From Macrostomum lignano (Eukaryota), in NCBI GenBank assembly GCA_002269645.1, contig NIVC01000185.1, forward strand, positions 1 through 64,000: a stretch of 64,000 nt of DNA, written 5' to 3'. The notes below the pieces were generated by a model. The model did no database searches and had not been told where the DNA came from. It saw only the letters and a list, made by a program, of their open reading frames with translations. This document shows, piece after piece, positions 38,206 through 51,464 of the stretch; position 1 is the stretch's first letter; each line of letters begins with the position of its first letter. The position numbers and the translations under genes were made by a program.

Positions 38206-38739
38206 CCACCATTGGAGACAGCATTTAGGCCAGATACTAAGATAGACGCTAACACAGACAGAAGTGAAAAGAAAGACGATGATACTTAAAGCACACAAAA
38301 AACTACAAACAGTTGGATCGATAATACAAAACCACGAAGAGGTCCAAGAAAATGACTTTTTATGAGGAGGGTTGCTTGATAAAATCGCTTTACATTGCCA
38401 TATTATGAAGCGCTTATTAAAATAGGAGCAATAATTTTAACATTTATTAAGTAATAACAAACGCTTGCATTTGAAATACACCAGCTGCAGTTCGATAAAT
38501 TTTCACAAAACATAACTTAAAAATATAGAAACAATTTCCTAACACTATCCAATGACGAATGCAAAATGAGTAAAATGGCAAAACCTAAAAAATGACACGA
38601 AAAAAAATTGACATATTTACAGCAGAAAATAAATTTAAGTAACTGAAATATGGGGGAGTTAACTGCTTTTTGCAAGCGTTAAAAGTAATCTGAAAAAACC
38701 ACACGTTTGGAAGTAAAGTTAACTGGGTAGTTACCTACG

Positions 38740-39375
38740 GGCTACCCAGGTAGCTCAGGTTTCCAGGTAGCCCAGGTTCCCAGGTTTTCCCGGTAGCCCA
38801 GGTTCCCAGGTTTTTCTGGTAGCCCAGGTTAACAGGGTTTCCCGGTAGCCCAGGTTCCCAGGGTTTCCCGGTAGCCGAGGTTCCCAGGTTTTCCCGGTAG
38901 CCCAGGTTCCCAGGTTTTCCTGGTAGCCCAGGTTCCCAGGTTTTCCTGGTAGCCCAAGTTCCCTGGGTTTCCCGGTAGCCCAGGTTTCCTGGTAGCCCAA
39001 GTTCCCTGGGTTTCCCGGTAGCCCAGGTTTCCCGGTAGCCCAGGTTTCCCGGTAGCCCAGGTTTCCCGGTAGCCCAGGTTTCCCGGTAGCCCAGGTTTCC
39101 CGGTAGCCCAGGTTTCCCGGTAGCCCAGGTTTCCCGGTAGTCCAGGTTCCCAGGTTTTCCCGGTAGCCCAGGTTAACAGGGTTTCCCGGTAGCCCAAATT
39201 CCCAGGGTTTCCCGGTAGTCGAGGTTCCCAGGTTTTCCCGGTAGCCCAGGTTAACAGGGTTTCCCGGTAGCCCAAATTCCCAGGGTTTCCCGGTAGTCCA
39301 GGTTCCCAGGTTTTCCCGGTAGCCCAGGTTAACAGGGTTTCCCGGTAGCCCAGGTTTCCAGTTTTTCCCGGTAGC
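38740..39375. repeat. Tandem repeat, 17-bp core CCCGGTAGCCCAGGTTT with longer variants
   Basis: Seen directly. Confidence 0.93.
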
Positions 39376-39523
39376 ATTCAGGCTTCTTAGATCCTTAGAT
39401 ATCCCAGATTATCCATTTGGAAAATGATAAATTCAACCACTGTTATAGTTTGTCTCAGAGCAGCCAGGCCCAGCAACAGTTGTTCCCCTAACAGACTCAG
39501 CCGAAATAGGCCAGCTGCAGCCC

Positions 39524-42500
39524 TCAAAGCCGGGTCTCTTGGCCGCCAGCCGGAAATCCGTCGGGCAACGGCAGTGCTGAGTACTGGCTGCGCCGCCGCC
39601 TGTCGGCCCGGCCGCCGCCGACTCCGCACAGGCAGCAAATGCACAGCGACATCACTATTGTGAGCAGCTGCGGGCGCGGTCATTGGGGGGCGGGAAATCT
39701 GTCAGTACTTAAATTGTTACACTTTATTATACGCTATTAGATGTAGCAAAATCCTGATTTTTAAAAGCTTTTAAAGCAATCCAAATTAAAAGGGTGAATG
39801 TATGATAACAGTTGATTTCTGTCGCCTCAAAGACAGGGCTCAAAGACCCCCGTGCAAACTAAATCATGTAAACTAACTAAACCTTAAATATTCGTACTTT
39901 AGGGCAAAAGTCGTTTTATTAGCCCTCTTACACCTCCCCCAGCTGAACCCTCCGACCGCTTCTTGCCGCACAAAACCTCTACCCTGCCCGCCTCCATTTA
40001 ATTGCCTTTCTCGGTGTTCTATATCTAAAGCTGCTATGTACATTAAAAAGACTCATTTATTGGCCCTCTTAACTCCCCCCGGTTGAATTCCCCGACCGCG
40101 TCTTGCCGCACGAAACCTCTACCCCCCCGCTCGCCTCCATTTAATTGCCTTTCTCGGTGTTCTATATCTAAAGCTACTATGTACATTAAAAAGATTCATT
40201 TATTGACCCTCTTAACTCCCCCCGGTTGACTTCCCCGACCGCGTCTTGCCGCACGAAACGTCTACCCCCCCCCGCCCGCCTCCATTTAATTGCCTTTCTC
40301 GGTGTTCTATATCTAAAGCTGCTATGTACATTAAAAAGACTCATTTATTGGCCCTCTTAACTCCCCCCGGTTGACTTCCCCGACCGCGTCTTGCCGCACG
40401 AAACGTCTACCCCCCCGCCGCCCGCCTCCATTTAATTGCCTTTCTCGGTGTTTCAGCCAAATGCTGACTGCCATGTACATTATCAGTGGCGCTGGCAAAT
40501 GTACATTATGCCTTATAAGTCACTCTCAACTACCTTTCGTGTCGTGAAATAGCTTACGCATGCTTCCTTACTACTGAACTGAAAGTAGAAAAACTGTCAA
40601 GAAAACTGATAAAAAATCCACAGCCACAATTATTATGGTTCTGAGAACTGGCAGAGACTATTCAAATATGCTTTGCCAATTAGCCTACTTATTATATAGT
40701 AGCGTGAAATGTTGCTCATTATGTGATACCAGTTCTAATTAAAGTCGTCCCTGGATATGGCTAGTAATATTATAAATTAATTACAATCTGCCCTATTTGG
40801 GCCAGATGTGCAACCGACAGCTCAGCCGCAGCTATTGCGCGGCGCATCTGAAGGCTGCGTACGGCTGTTCAGTCCAAGGACTGGGGGGGGGGGTCGCCAC
40901 ACCCTCAATTACCCCCCATCTAATGCTGGCACCCATTTTACAGCTGGGTGAACTGAAGCAATGCAGAGTTAGGCGTCTTGCTCAAGGACACAAATTGTTC
41001 CGAGTGGGTCACGAATCAAACCCTCGACCTCGTCGTGAGTCTGACGCTCTAAGTCAAACCACTAGGCTACAACCCGCCCTTACTTGGCTATCAAACACAA
41101 CGCTAAAACATTTTACATTACTAATGTAAAAGTACTAGGATAAGTTAAGGATAAGTAAGGATAAGTAGATAAGAATCTACTAGGATAAGTAGAATAATCG
41201 GAAAACTAGCGAATTAATTCACCTCTAGCGCTGTCAGGCCAACAGAAACGAATAGGCCGATGCGGATCGCGCGCCAGGTAGTTTCCATGACAACGGAACG
41301 GCAGCCCTGGAATAAAGCGATTGAGGATAGCCATGTCGCATCTGAGCTTATATACTATTTAAGCTCGCGTCTACAACCCCATTTGAAGTTTAGCAATTGC
41401 CACTGGTTTTGGATAAAAAATCTACTATTAGCAACAAGTGGCGATTCACACCATGAGGGCCAACCCCCAAGGCACAGAGTGTACATGGCCTTACGATTAG
41501 AAAGTCAGGGGGCTGCTGTAAACCCTGTGGGAGCGAGTGCGCGCCTGCGTACAGCATTGGCGCGCTTGTGTGCCCAGGAGTCAGATGAGGAATAGGCAGA
41601 ATCAGCGCCAGTTGTGGGACAATGTCATCTACAGCACCTTAAGCTAATGCTCACCCTATCATAGGCCAGCTCAAACGGCAGCGAGTACGGCTTGGGCTCG
41701 CACTCTGTAGGGCCCAGCTTCTCTGAGTTGCAGCAGGACCAAGGAATCTGCAGGGTATCGCCGCCTGCGGCCCCTCTGTAGTCCCTGTAGGACTGACCGC
41801 CGCAGCAGTAAAACTGAAAAATAAGAGATTTTCTTGATTGTCAAACTTTTGACCCCGTGTGCAGAAATCAGAATAAGAAACAAGAAATAACAGAACCAAC
41901 CCGCTTGTGAAGGATGTCCATTAGGCCAGCATTGCCATCATTACTATACTGATAGTTGCGCTGCCAGGTATCGAAGGACTCGCCAATCGTCTCTTTAACC
42001 TGAATTTGTATTTTTAGTATGATAGAAATAAGCTACTTACACTGTTCAGTAGTATTTTCTGTGTGTTAAATTAAATAAAAACATTTGTCCAGAAAAAATA
42101 TGACCCGTAGAAGGGAGTTTTCTAACGTCAGATACTAGCATCCCCTTTGACCCTTGGCATCTCAGCAACTTCACCCGTGAGCATTGGCATCAGCAACTTC
42201 ACCCGTGAGCATTGGCATCGCAGTAACTCCAGCCGTGAGCCTTGGCATCAGCAACTTCACCCGTGAGCCTTGGCATCTCAGCAACTCCAGCCGTGAGCAT
42301 TGGCATCTCAGCAACTCCACCTGTGAGCATTGGCATCTCAGCAACTCCACCCGTGAGCCTTGGCATCTCAGCAACTCCACCTGTGAGCCTTGGCATCTCA
42401 GCAACTCCAGCCGTGAGCATTGGCATCTCAGCAACTCCACCTGTGAGCATTGGCATCTCAGCAACTCCAGCCGTGAGCATTGGCATCTCAGCAACTCCAC

Positions 42501-44035
42501 CCGTGAGCATTGGCATCTCAGCAACTCCAGCCGTGAGCATTGGCATCTCAGCAACTCCAGCCGTGAGCATTGGCATCTCGGCAACTCCACCTGTGAGCAT
42601 TGGCATCTCCCATCTCAGCAACTCCACCTGTGAGCAGTGTTAATAAAGCTCGGCAAGAAGCCACTGGGTAATGTCCCCAGCTATTTCCCTAGGCATAGAC
42701 AGAAAAGACAAATGCAAATAAATCAGTGAGGAGTTGCATTACCAGAGCAGAATTGACTATCAGGGAAGCGGCCAGTGCCAGGTGGCTGGCATAGGTGGCA
42801 ATCATGATTGGTACAAAGCTTGCCAGCAGGCATTTCTTAGGCCAGACAGCAGCGCAGACTCCCAACAGGCCAGCCAGTCCAAGGCACCCATGCAGGCCAA
42901 TGCACACATACTTGGCTATAGCTGGCACCTCTTTGCTGAATGGTGGTTCAGCCAGCACCACATAGATTGCTGCACCACATAGGCCACTGCCGATTACCTA
43001 TGAATAGAGGTTAGGGTTTAACAAATTAAAACCAATGATATTAAAGCAAATAAAAAACATACTTTCATTTTTAATTATGCTCATGTAATAAATAATGTAA
43101 AATTGTTTTACTATACAAGAATTTGTACTTATTATATTATATTTCCAATTTTTCTATGGGTTTCTACAACTTTTTATATAATATCCTAAAAAAATAAAGT
43201 ATAGAAATCATTAAAATAAAAAATATTAGATTTGTTATAATATAAAGTATAATATATAAATAGGTAGATAAAAATTTATTAAAAATAAACTATTTAAAAG
43301 TTTAAAATTAAAATGAAATGTTATATTTTGCATGACTATGAGGTTTCTTAATTACAAACTAATCGCATAATCTATATTCTAGCCTTTGACTTTTGCCAAT
43401 AATTTTATAGATTACAAAACTATAAATATAACCAAATATTAGGCATTTATCAATTTTTAAAACAAATTTATTTTTATTTTTAATTTATATTGAAGATAAA
43501 AATACTGTTTAATTAGCAACAGTTCCTAAGTCACTAAAATCTTTATAAATGTGTTGCAAATTTTTTGTAAAGAAAACATCAGAAAAAAGAAAATAATAAT
43601 TTTGAACTTTTATTTATTATATTAACTAGAAATGGCTAAAAATTGTAAATGGAAAAAAATAAAAAAACTAACTATTAAACAAATAAGTTTTTGTTTTTAT
43701 GCAATTATTTAGTAGCAAAATAACATTTCATATTATAAAAAATGAGTTAAAGTATAAACAAAAACTTAAATTTGTATACAAATTATTAAAATACACCCAA
43801 AAAGTATTTAATCAGTTAATGACTACCACTAGATCTCCTTTAAATAATTCCAGCCGTGAGCCTTGGCATCTCAGCAACAATTATGTAAAAAGATTCACAC
43901 ATTGGATCTTAAAACAAAACACTAGGAATAGTATAGGACAAGTTAAAGTTACAGGTTAAAATTGTTACTTACCACGAAAATTACATTGAAAATTACTAGA
44001 AGAATGCGAGTAAGCTTTAAACAACTTTCTTTCAT
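39524..44035 (-). CDS. Tetraspanin, 267 aa, 6 phase-0 exons: 44035-43973, 42997-42743, 41999-41901, 41813-41655, 41306-41223, 39667-39524
   Basis: N-terminus MKESCLKLTRILLVIFNVIFV, then TM1-TM3 (VIGSGLCGAAIY...GLAGLLGVCAAVWPKKCLLASF). The large extracellular loop has FYCCGGQSYRDY...PWSCC...EC...GC. TM4 is GLFVSVGLTALE|LLTIVMSLCICCLC. All introns are GT-AG and in frame. Confidence 0.92.
39920..40452. repeat. Intronic tandem repeat, ~144-bp unit, about 3.7 copies
   Basis: CCCTCTTAACTCCCCCCGG...CCTCCATTTAATTGCCTTTCTCGGTG recurs at ~39922, 40063, 40207 and 40352. Confidence 0.9.
40829..41075. mobile_element. SINE-like dispersed repeat, copy 2 (in a tetraspanin intron)
   Basis: Highly similar to 12554-12790. 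Confidence 0.65.
42165..42635. repeat. Intronic tandem repeat, 30-bp unit TGGCATCTCAGCAACTCCACCCGTGAGCAT
   Basis: Seen directly. An orphan unit lies at ~43848-43879. Confidence 0.95.
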
Positions 44036-47000
44036 TTTACTGCTGCTGTTACTGTTATAGCAGTAGCAGGCTAGAATTATTTGTTATTGTTACCTTGGGC
44101 TTGACTTATCACTTGCCACTTGCTTTCTATACACTTTATGAATAAAAAATATTATCTATATTTTCAATCGAAATCTAAGCAATATATGTAAGAAAAAGTC
44201 ATTCAGATTCAAGACTATATTTATCTGTTTGGCCTTATCAAAACTTCAAAACGATAAAAGCAATGGTGCTCAGAATGTATGATTTGCCGAAAGGGTCGAC
44301 CCGAGTCCAGCCGCGATTTCTAAATATTTTCATAAGTTAAATTGTTGCCATTTTATTACTGCAATGACGCCGGTGATATTACGCTTTTTGTTAAGGTTCA
44401 CTTATACCACTGCGAGGCTCTTTATATGATTAAGGCCGGGAGGCCCATTATGTGTGATCGACTTGCACATCTCTCTCTCTCTCTCACTTCCTTGTACTTC
44501 AGTTTGGGTTGGGAATTAGTGGCTGAGCCTTTACGGTGTTTTTTTAGAGAATAGACAAAAATAGAATTTAAAGGCAATTTTAAAACTGCGAACAAAATCC
44601 AAAGCCAAGTTCGACTCTAGCTGCTGGCCAGCGATCGCAGATCATGGTCCAAAAATAATACTAGCTGTAGCTGTCAAATGTTAAAACTCTTGCCTATTGT
44701 AATTAACAGCCAAGTTTTTTCCTGTTATAGATCTTCTGCTTGAGACTTACAAGCACATACTTGCCTCCAAAAGGCCCTGGCATGAGCGTAAGGCTCAAAT
44801 ATCAGAATTCTCCGTGCCGAATATTATTCAAGGCAGTGTATTTAATATTCAACGAGAACGCATAGACACAATGCAGAACAAAACCATAGCAGTGCAGTTT
44901 CTCTCCCCCCAAACCCCCCAAAGCATTTGCTGCGAGTCTTCTGTGCCACGCGCCCGCAGGCTGCTGGCGCGGCCCTCAAAACTTAGCTTCGCTATTGTCC
45001 CCCCTGGGCCTTGAGGCCAATTAACCAGTCTAGAGCTGATTTGCTCGGGCAGCCCCGGTCGAGACTCGACAGAGGTCGCAGGGTCGCTGCGATGTAAGCT
45101 GCACTTTTCCAGTGCTTACAATAAGTGTGGGTGGAGTGTTAGCATTCCTCTACTGACAAAGTAGAGAGTAGAGGAGGTAAACGCAAAAATAGCCCAGTGT
45201 CGCATTGGCGAAGCATCCAATAAAAAAGTAGGGGCTACTACTTCTTACGCATATAGTTCTGATCAGGGAATACAGCATGGAGGCGTCGTTTCTTGTACAG
45301 GTGTACGCGTACATGTAGATCTTTGATACCTGTAAAACGTTTATGGATTTCTGATCTGGCGCAATTGCTTTTGATGGGAAAGATTTAGCTCGATTTTTAG
45401 CAATTACACATGCATGTACATGTACAATGTATTATTTAGATACTGTATTTAGTTTTTAGTAAATAGCATTAAATTAGCTTTCAAAAAGAGAATTGAAAAG
45501 TAAAGTAAAACTCGAATGCCCATACATGTACTTCTGGATCAGGGGCATGTTGCTCTTATAGTTTTATTTGAATTCTGAAAATCAAATCCAGGTCCGAGGT
45601 AATTAGTAAGAAGCTGTTTTTATTTTCAAGCGTTTTTTTCCTTTTAATTAGATTGAGCTACTGCATGCGTTCCATTTTTGCGAAGAAAAAGGAATTGTAG
45701 CTGCATAAAGCCTTCTTATACTCAGAGTGCTGTAGTTAAGGCTAAGTCAGTGCATGTGCGTAAAAAAGCGAGTTAAATGCGGAAATGAAATAAAATTCTG
45801 TAAAAAACGTAAAGCAATTAAGATGATTAACATTGAAACAAACAAAATATTTTTCGCCCAATAACGGCGAATAATGCAAAGAAATGTTATATAAAACAAT
45901 AAAGTCTAATCCTTCCCTGATCAGGTGTCGGAACGTTTTAAAAGTGGCGGACCAGGTACCATGATGCCCCCCACTTGGCCATGGCCCCCGCCCCCCGTCT
46001 AGAATGTCCATCCAGATTGATAATTGAAATCGAAATCCAGCAAGGACAGGGTTGGTGACCTGGCCATACATAACCATACTGTACGAATGTATTTAAATCT
46101 GCTAAACTGCATGATCTGACTGGATTTGACGATCTGACGATGTTGAGAAAAAAATATTTTTTGTCCAGTATCAAATTATACTTTAAAACAAATCATAGAT
46201 TTAAATTTTAGCAATTTCATCCGCTTATAGCGGAATAGAACAAGCGAGAATTTCGTGTGTTTCTTGTTTCTATTTTTTACAGCTTCTATCTAGAAATACT
46301 GTACATGTGAATCTACTCCGGACAAAAAGACATCCTTGCAAAACGGACGGTTTTGGTGCAGAGAGAATGGTCAGTTAAAGTACTAAAAACTGAAAATTTC
46401 TTACCATGCAAATATCCTACATGTTGTATATATGTATGCCTAAGAAGTTTCCAGTTTTCTATACTGCCTTTAGTGACGGATTTTATTATTTGCTTTTTCT
46501 GAAAGCGCGCCCTACATCCAGGTGCAGGTGCGGGGTCCTGCATCTCTGCATGGCTTTACTAAGAACTACTCAGACCTACGAACCCCGTCGCACGCTGCTA
46601 CTGCCAATCAATAGCACGACCCGTCAGTGCAGCACTCCAGCGCCTCCTTTGGGTCCGGATTTAAATTGCTTTTATGTTTGTTTTAATCAAGCAGCATCCA
46701 TTCCTAACACGCGTGCCGCCGACTTCGAGATATCGCATGACGTCACACTGTGAGTACAAGAGCCTGCCAGGCGGCGGTGACTTTGGGTGAAATTGGACTA
46801 GCTCCAAGTGTTGAGCACGATTCGACCGTGCCGCAATTGAAATTGTAATTTGAGCCAGGGAGTCGCGTCTGTTTGCCAACACGCAGAGATGGAGGTTGCT
46901 TGACCCTTGGTCAGGTCGAGAGTATTTGGCGGCTGTTTTAAAATTTGGGCCGCAATCTCAGCCTTGGACTACTGAGAAATTACAATCAGAACTTGTAAGA

Positions 47001-48839
47001 TGAACCAACAAATAGTGTAATTCCCTGTTAAGTCTAAATTCCCATATACTTGCACAGGAGTCAGTCTCCACTCGTATATTGCATCGCAGTTCGGCAAGAC
47101 GTTTCTTTTACACATTCGCCACTGCTCAGACGCTTGAACGGTGCTTGCTTCCTTAGAAATTTATCAAAGGGCATGCACGGTCGGATGCAGACAGTGCCGT
47201 GTGCTTTTGCGCTGTTAGTTCAAAGACTCGAAAGACGAACGCGGCACAACACCGTATAAAGGACATGCGAGAAGACAGCAACACCAACACACAACGTAAA
47301 CCAGCAGAGACAACACAGGAGCTCAAAAATACAAAACCAAGAGAGCAGCAAGCGAGAACTGCGGCCGAGAACTATCGCGGCAATAAATATGGCGAGACAC
47401 AGAAGGTGCAAGTCACGATAATCACCAAGGTTCCACGCCTCGCGGAGACAAAAGGGAAGACAGGAAATTCAGTTCAAAGCTTGTTCGTATTTTTTATACG
47501 AACAAGCTTTATTCAGTTCAGACTTATGGCAGCTAGCTTGCACTGTAGACTAGAATGCTATGCTGAATGATTTTAGACAAGAAAAAATGGCTTGCTTTGA
47601 TGCAATCGGCAGCCCATATCTTGAAGCAATTTCGTTGAACGCGGTCTGTTAAATTACAAGCATCAGCCTTTGAAAATGCTATTCGTCAAGATCTTATTGC
47701 TTGATTTCTGCTTTATAAGGAGCCAAATCTGGACAGCAAACGATCCCCAATTATCTAATATATATTACTACTATAAAGATTGAGCTCTCTAGTTAAAGCC
47801 TCGTAATCCTGTAATCGGACCCTAAAGATCTCACGTACACAAGTTTGCGCGTGTCATTCTTAAGATCGAAGCGAATAGATGATAGACACCAAACTCACCG
47901 AGTAACATAAGTGGGCAAGATATAACGAAATGATATACCTGAGTGGCACACGGGAGGCAGGTACGATAAATTGAGTCCACTAAATTAATTTGCAAGCCAA
48001 TTAGTTGCTAAAGGAAGGAACTGCAGCAAAATACTCAACGACTAATGGCAAAGTGTCCCCCGTGTACTTTGCTTTGTTCTTACTGACAGTGCATGCTGGA
48101 GAATATCCACCGCTATTACTGTGGTAAATACGACGTGCACTTTTACAAGTAGAAGTGCGCGCAACCATAGACAAAACGGACAAACATTACATCAGACCCA
48201 ATGGGTCAAGGGAGGTCAGCTGCTGGCTGAGCCTGTTTACGCTTAGTCACCAACAAATCCAAATCCAAATCGTTTCCAGAATCAAAACTGCCTTGATGAG
48301 CTGCTGTTTCACTCTGTACTTTTACGCAACTGCCGTCGGCTTCGGGTCTTGAAATCTTATTCGCTCATTAACTCGTATTTTTGAAGCGCGATGACCTTGT
48401 GAACAATTTTTAGCTGATTATCGAAAATTTAAGCAGACTAGCGTTTTTTTAGGAAGCTTTCTAGTCGATTTCTGCTTCGTCTGCAGGGGAGAGTTATCGA
48501 TTTTTAGTTCATTTCCAGGCATTGGCGCAGAGAAGCTGACCCCTTCCCGCTAGCTGCTATGCCGACTCAGATGAATCGGACAGGCCGAGGAGAAACGAAA
48601 GGAGCATAGCGACCGAATAATTGAATGGCTGGAAAGACAGACAGAGGGACGGGCAGACGGACAGACAATAAGACATGCAGGTAGACATTGAAGACGGGTA
48701 GGTACTGAGAAAAACATACTCGAGGCAGCGAGACGGCATGTAATGAAATGACGCAGGGGATTGCAGCAAACGGACTTTCGACATGAAGTTAGTTACCATG
48801 AAGCTGTTGCAGATGCTGTTCAGAGGTTAACTGTAGCAG

Positions 48840-49151
48840 ACTCCACTGTTTGCACCATCGTTCTGGCTTAGCTTAAAGCACTACTGCGCCGAATCGAACC
48901 ACGCCGTTAAATTCTGTCTGCTGTACAGTGTTTTCAAGAGTCGCTTCTTTTCTACGAGCTATTCAGAATTTGCATCCGGCCTGGCCAAGCCAGACGAAAA
49001 AGGGATCGTATTTCACGCCGAAGAGGATTCTGTTCTGTCAGACTGCTTTCCCCTGGCCTCCCGTCGGCGCGCTGGGCAAGACAAGGACGCGGTTTGGAAT
49101 TCGTCTTACACGAAGCGTCGCCTTTCAACTCCTGTACTCAATAGTCGATGA
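48840..49151 (+). CDS. Possible terminal exon of a rhodopsin-like (peptide) GPCR: TM7/helix-8-like segment plus tail
   Basis: After CTGTAGCAG| there is a 103-codon open frame: TPLFAPSFWLSLKHYCAESNHAVKFCLLYSVFKSRFFS...RRLSTPVLNSR*. It resembles the N-x-A-x-NF-x-LY...K-x-FR pattern. No upstream exons were found. Confidence 0.3.
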   Translation, partial: TPLFAPSFWLSLKHYCAESNHAVKFCLLYSVFKSRFFSTSYSEFASGLAKPDEKGIVFHAEEDSVLSDCFPLASRRRAGQDKDAVWNSSYTKRRLSTPVLNSR

Positions 49152-49584
49152 CGAAGCGGCCCGAGGCGGATTCTGTTCTGAACTGCTTCTCAACAGCTCC
49201 GCTACATGTAGATGACTGTTTTTTCTTCACTTACTGCTGCTAGACCTCGGGTAGCGATTCGTGAACGGGTTTTAAGACAGTTTTTTTTAAAGTAAACCGC
49301 CTCCGCTGCACCAGTAAAAAGCTGCTGGTGAAAGAAATGAAAGGAAATATAAGTAAAAACTGCTTTGCCTGCGGCTCTGGGTTTACGGACTAACGAGCCA
49401 TTGTATATTTGCGAGTTGAAATGCCTGTCTCCAGGAAATTGTAACACTTTCTGGTACAGAATTTCCTTTTCATGCTTGGGGTGTCATCTCGGTTTCAATT
49501 TGCCATGCGAAAGTTACAATCGAATTGGGGTGACTTCTGTTTGATCAGCTGAGAATGCTTGACTGCGTGTTTTCAAACTGAAAG

Positions 49585-50279
49585 TCAGTCATCATTGCTG
49601 AAAAACCGCTTGCCCATGCGGATGTAGCTCGCTCGTTTGTCGGCTTCATCAAAGGGACGTTTGCCCATGCGGATGTAGCTTGCTCGCTTGCCCATGCGGA
49701 TGTAGCTTGCTCGTTTGTCGGCTTCATCAAAGGGACGCTTGCCCATGCGGATGTAGCTCGCTCGCTTGTCGGCTTCATCAAAGGAACGTTTGCCCATGCG
49801 GATGTAGCTTGCTCGCTTGCCCATGCGGATGTAGCTTGCTCGTTTGTCGGCTTCATCAAAGGGACGCTTGCCCATGCGGATGTAGCTCGCTCGCTTGTCA
49901 GCTTCATCAAAGGGACGTTTGCCCATGCGGATGTAGCTTGCTCGCTTGCCCATGCGGATGTAGCTTGCTCGCTTGTCGGCTTCATCAAAGGGACGTTTGC
50001 CCATGCGGATGTAGCTCGCTCGCTTGTCGGCTTCATCAAAGGGACGTTTGCCCATGCGGATGTAGCTCGCTCGCTTGTCTACATCCTGATTCGATGGCTT
50101 GTCGCAGTTATCACAGGCGAAACCGAAGCCCACCAAGGATGCGGCAATTAGTAGGAGAATCTTAGCCAGCTTTACCTGAAAGTTAACGATAGGTATTTGC
50201 GATTGGAACCTAGCCGAGACCAAAAAAGTCCCTGGTCACTATGTCAAATCTTATTGCACGATTGCGAGTTTCTTACCAT
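49585..50279 (-). CDS. Neuropeptide precursor, 197 aa, with 11 copies of ASYIRM-amide; exon 1 ends with ATG 50279-50277, intron 50276-50176, exon 2 50175-49585
   Basis: AAAATG|GTAAGA donor and TTAACTTTCAG| acceptor give M-VKLAKILLLIAASLVGFGFA (signal peptide). There are 11 KR-ASYIRMG-KR units and 7 (P/S)FDEAD acidic spacers. Confidence 0.93.
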
Positions 50280-51464
50280 TTTTGAGAGCTTCTCGCTGCG
50301 CTTTCCACCAGGTTCACTGGAAGTCTTGACTCTACAGAGAGCTGTGTCTTAAAGTTCCTTCGGGTGGGGGAAGACTGACATGGTACGGATAACCCCTGTT
50401 TCTCCCCATCGCTTCCAGCCAATCAGCATGCGAGCCAAGAAGCCAATCAACCGCGAGTGAAAATCTGGCTGACACGCACTCAGGTACTCCTCATAGCATT
50501 CCTAGCAACATACCTGGGTTCCCCTACCACCAAAACAGCTGGTGAAAAATAACTAGCCAAGACTTTCTTTGGAGCAAATATCCGTATTTAGAAACACTCA
50601 GTCTAACTGCAGCTGCAGTTTGTCAGCTGCCACTCCAGCAGCTCCTCGGGTTTTGTTCTCATCAATTTCTTGCTGCAGCCTTGAGTCTTCTTAAACAAAA
50701 GACCCTCTCACTGTTTACCTGCTAGCTAGAGAAGAGAGACAAATGTCGCCAAGTTTAGAGACACTTGGAGTAGCGACAAAATTATCTCATTGCGAACAGA
50801 AAAAATTTGATGGGAAAGGCAAACTAAAAGACAAATTAGCTTGCCTTTCCCGCACAGCAGAGCAGGTCCAGGCTTGAGTCATTATTCTCATAATAAAACT
50901 TCTAAATAAGGTAGGAAACAAAAGCCAAAATTTTTGAGAGCCAAGAAAATTCATGCAGAAAAATAAATTCGCTCTGAAAAGTTCTGCGAGAGAAAAGTTT
51001 CAGATTGAAGTTCTTCAACCGCAAGCCGATCTCCCTTTCTTCCCCTTTACTCCCCCCTTCATTCAAGCACAAATCCATCTTCTATCGCCGTCTTCGGTAT
51101 TTGGGCCAAAACTTGACAAGGCATGATGAATGCGGCTGCAAAACGCTGCGTGCCACCTCACTTCTGAGCGCTTTGCCCGAATATGCTGATCAAATTCTGA
51201 GCTTAGTCTCACTCTGCTGGCCTGGACGCTCCGATGAACTGGGCGCTTTAAGCGTGCGCCATATTTTTTAATTCAATACTAACGAAACCGCTAGTGAAGG
51301 AGTCGGAGTTTCACTCTTTAGTGCAGGCTCAGAACTGATCGGCTGTTGCAGGCAACAATAACAAAACTTGAATAAATTTTCCAATGCATTCTCCCGGCAT
51401 ACACAGTTGTGGCTGCAATAAATCATCAACGCAAATGATGCGATGTGAGCATCCCTCTTGCCAA

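Noticed and set aside
42998-44300. Very AT-rich tract suspected of being contamination
   Set aside because: It contains the in-frame first exon of the tetraspanin with canonical splice sites, so it belongs to this locus.
47140-47155. GTGCTTGCTTC, resembling the U6 snRNA 5' end
   Set aside because: The match stops after about 11 nt and there is no ACAGAGA box.
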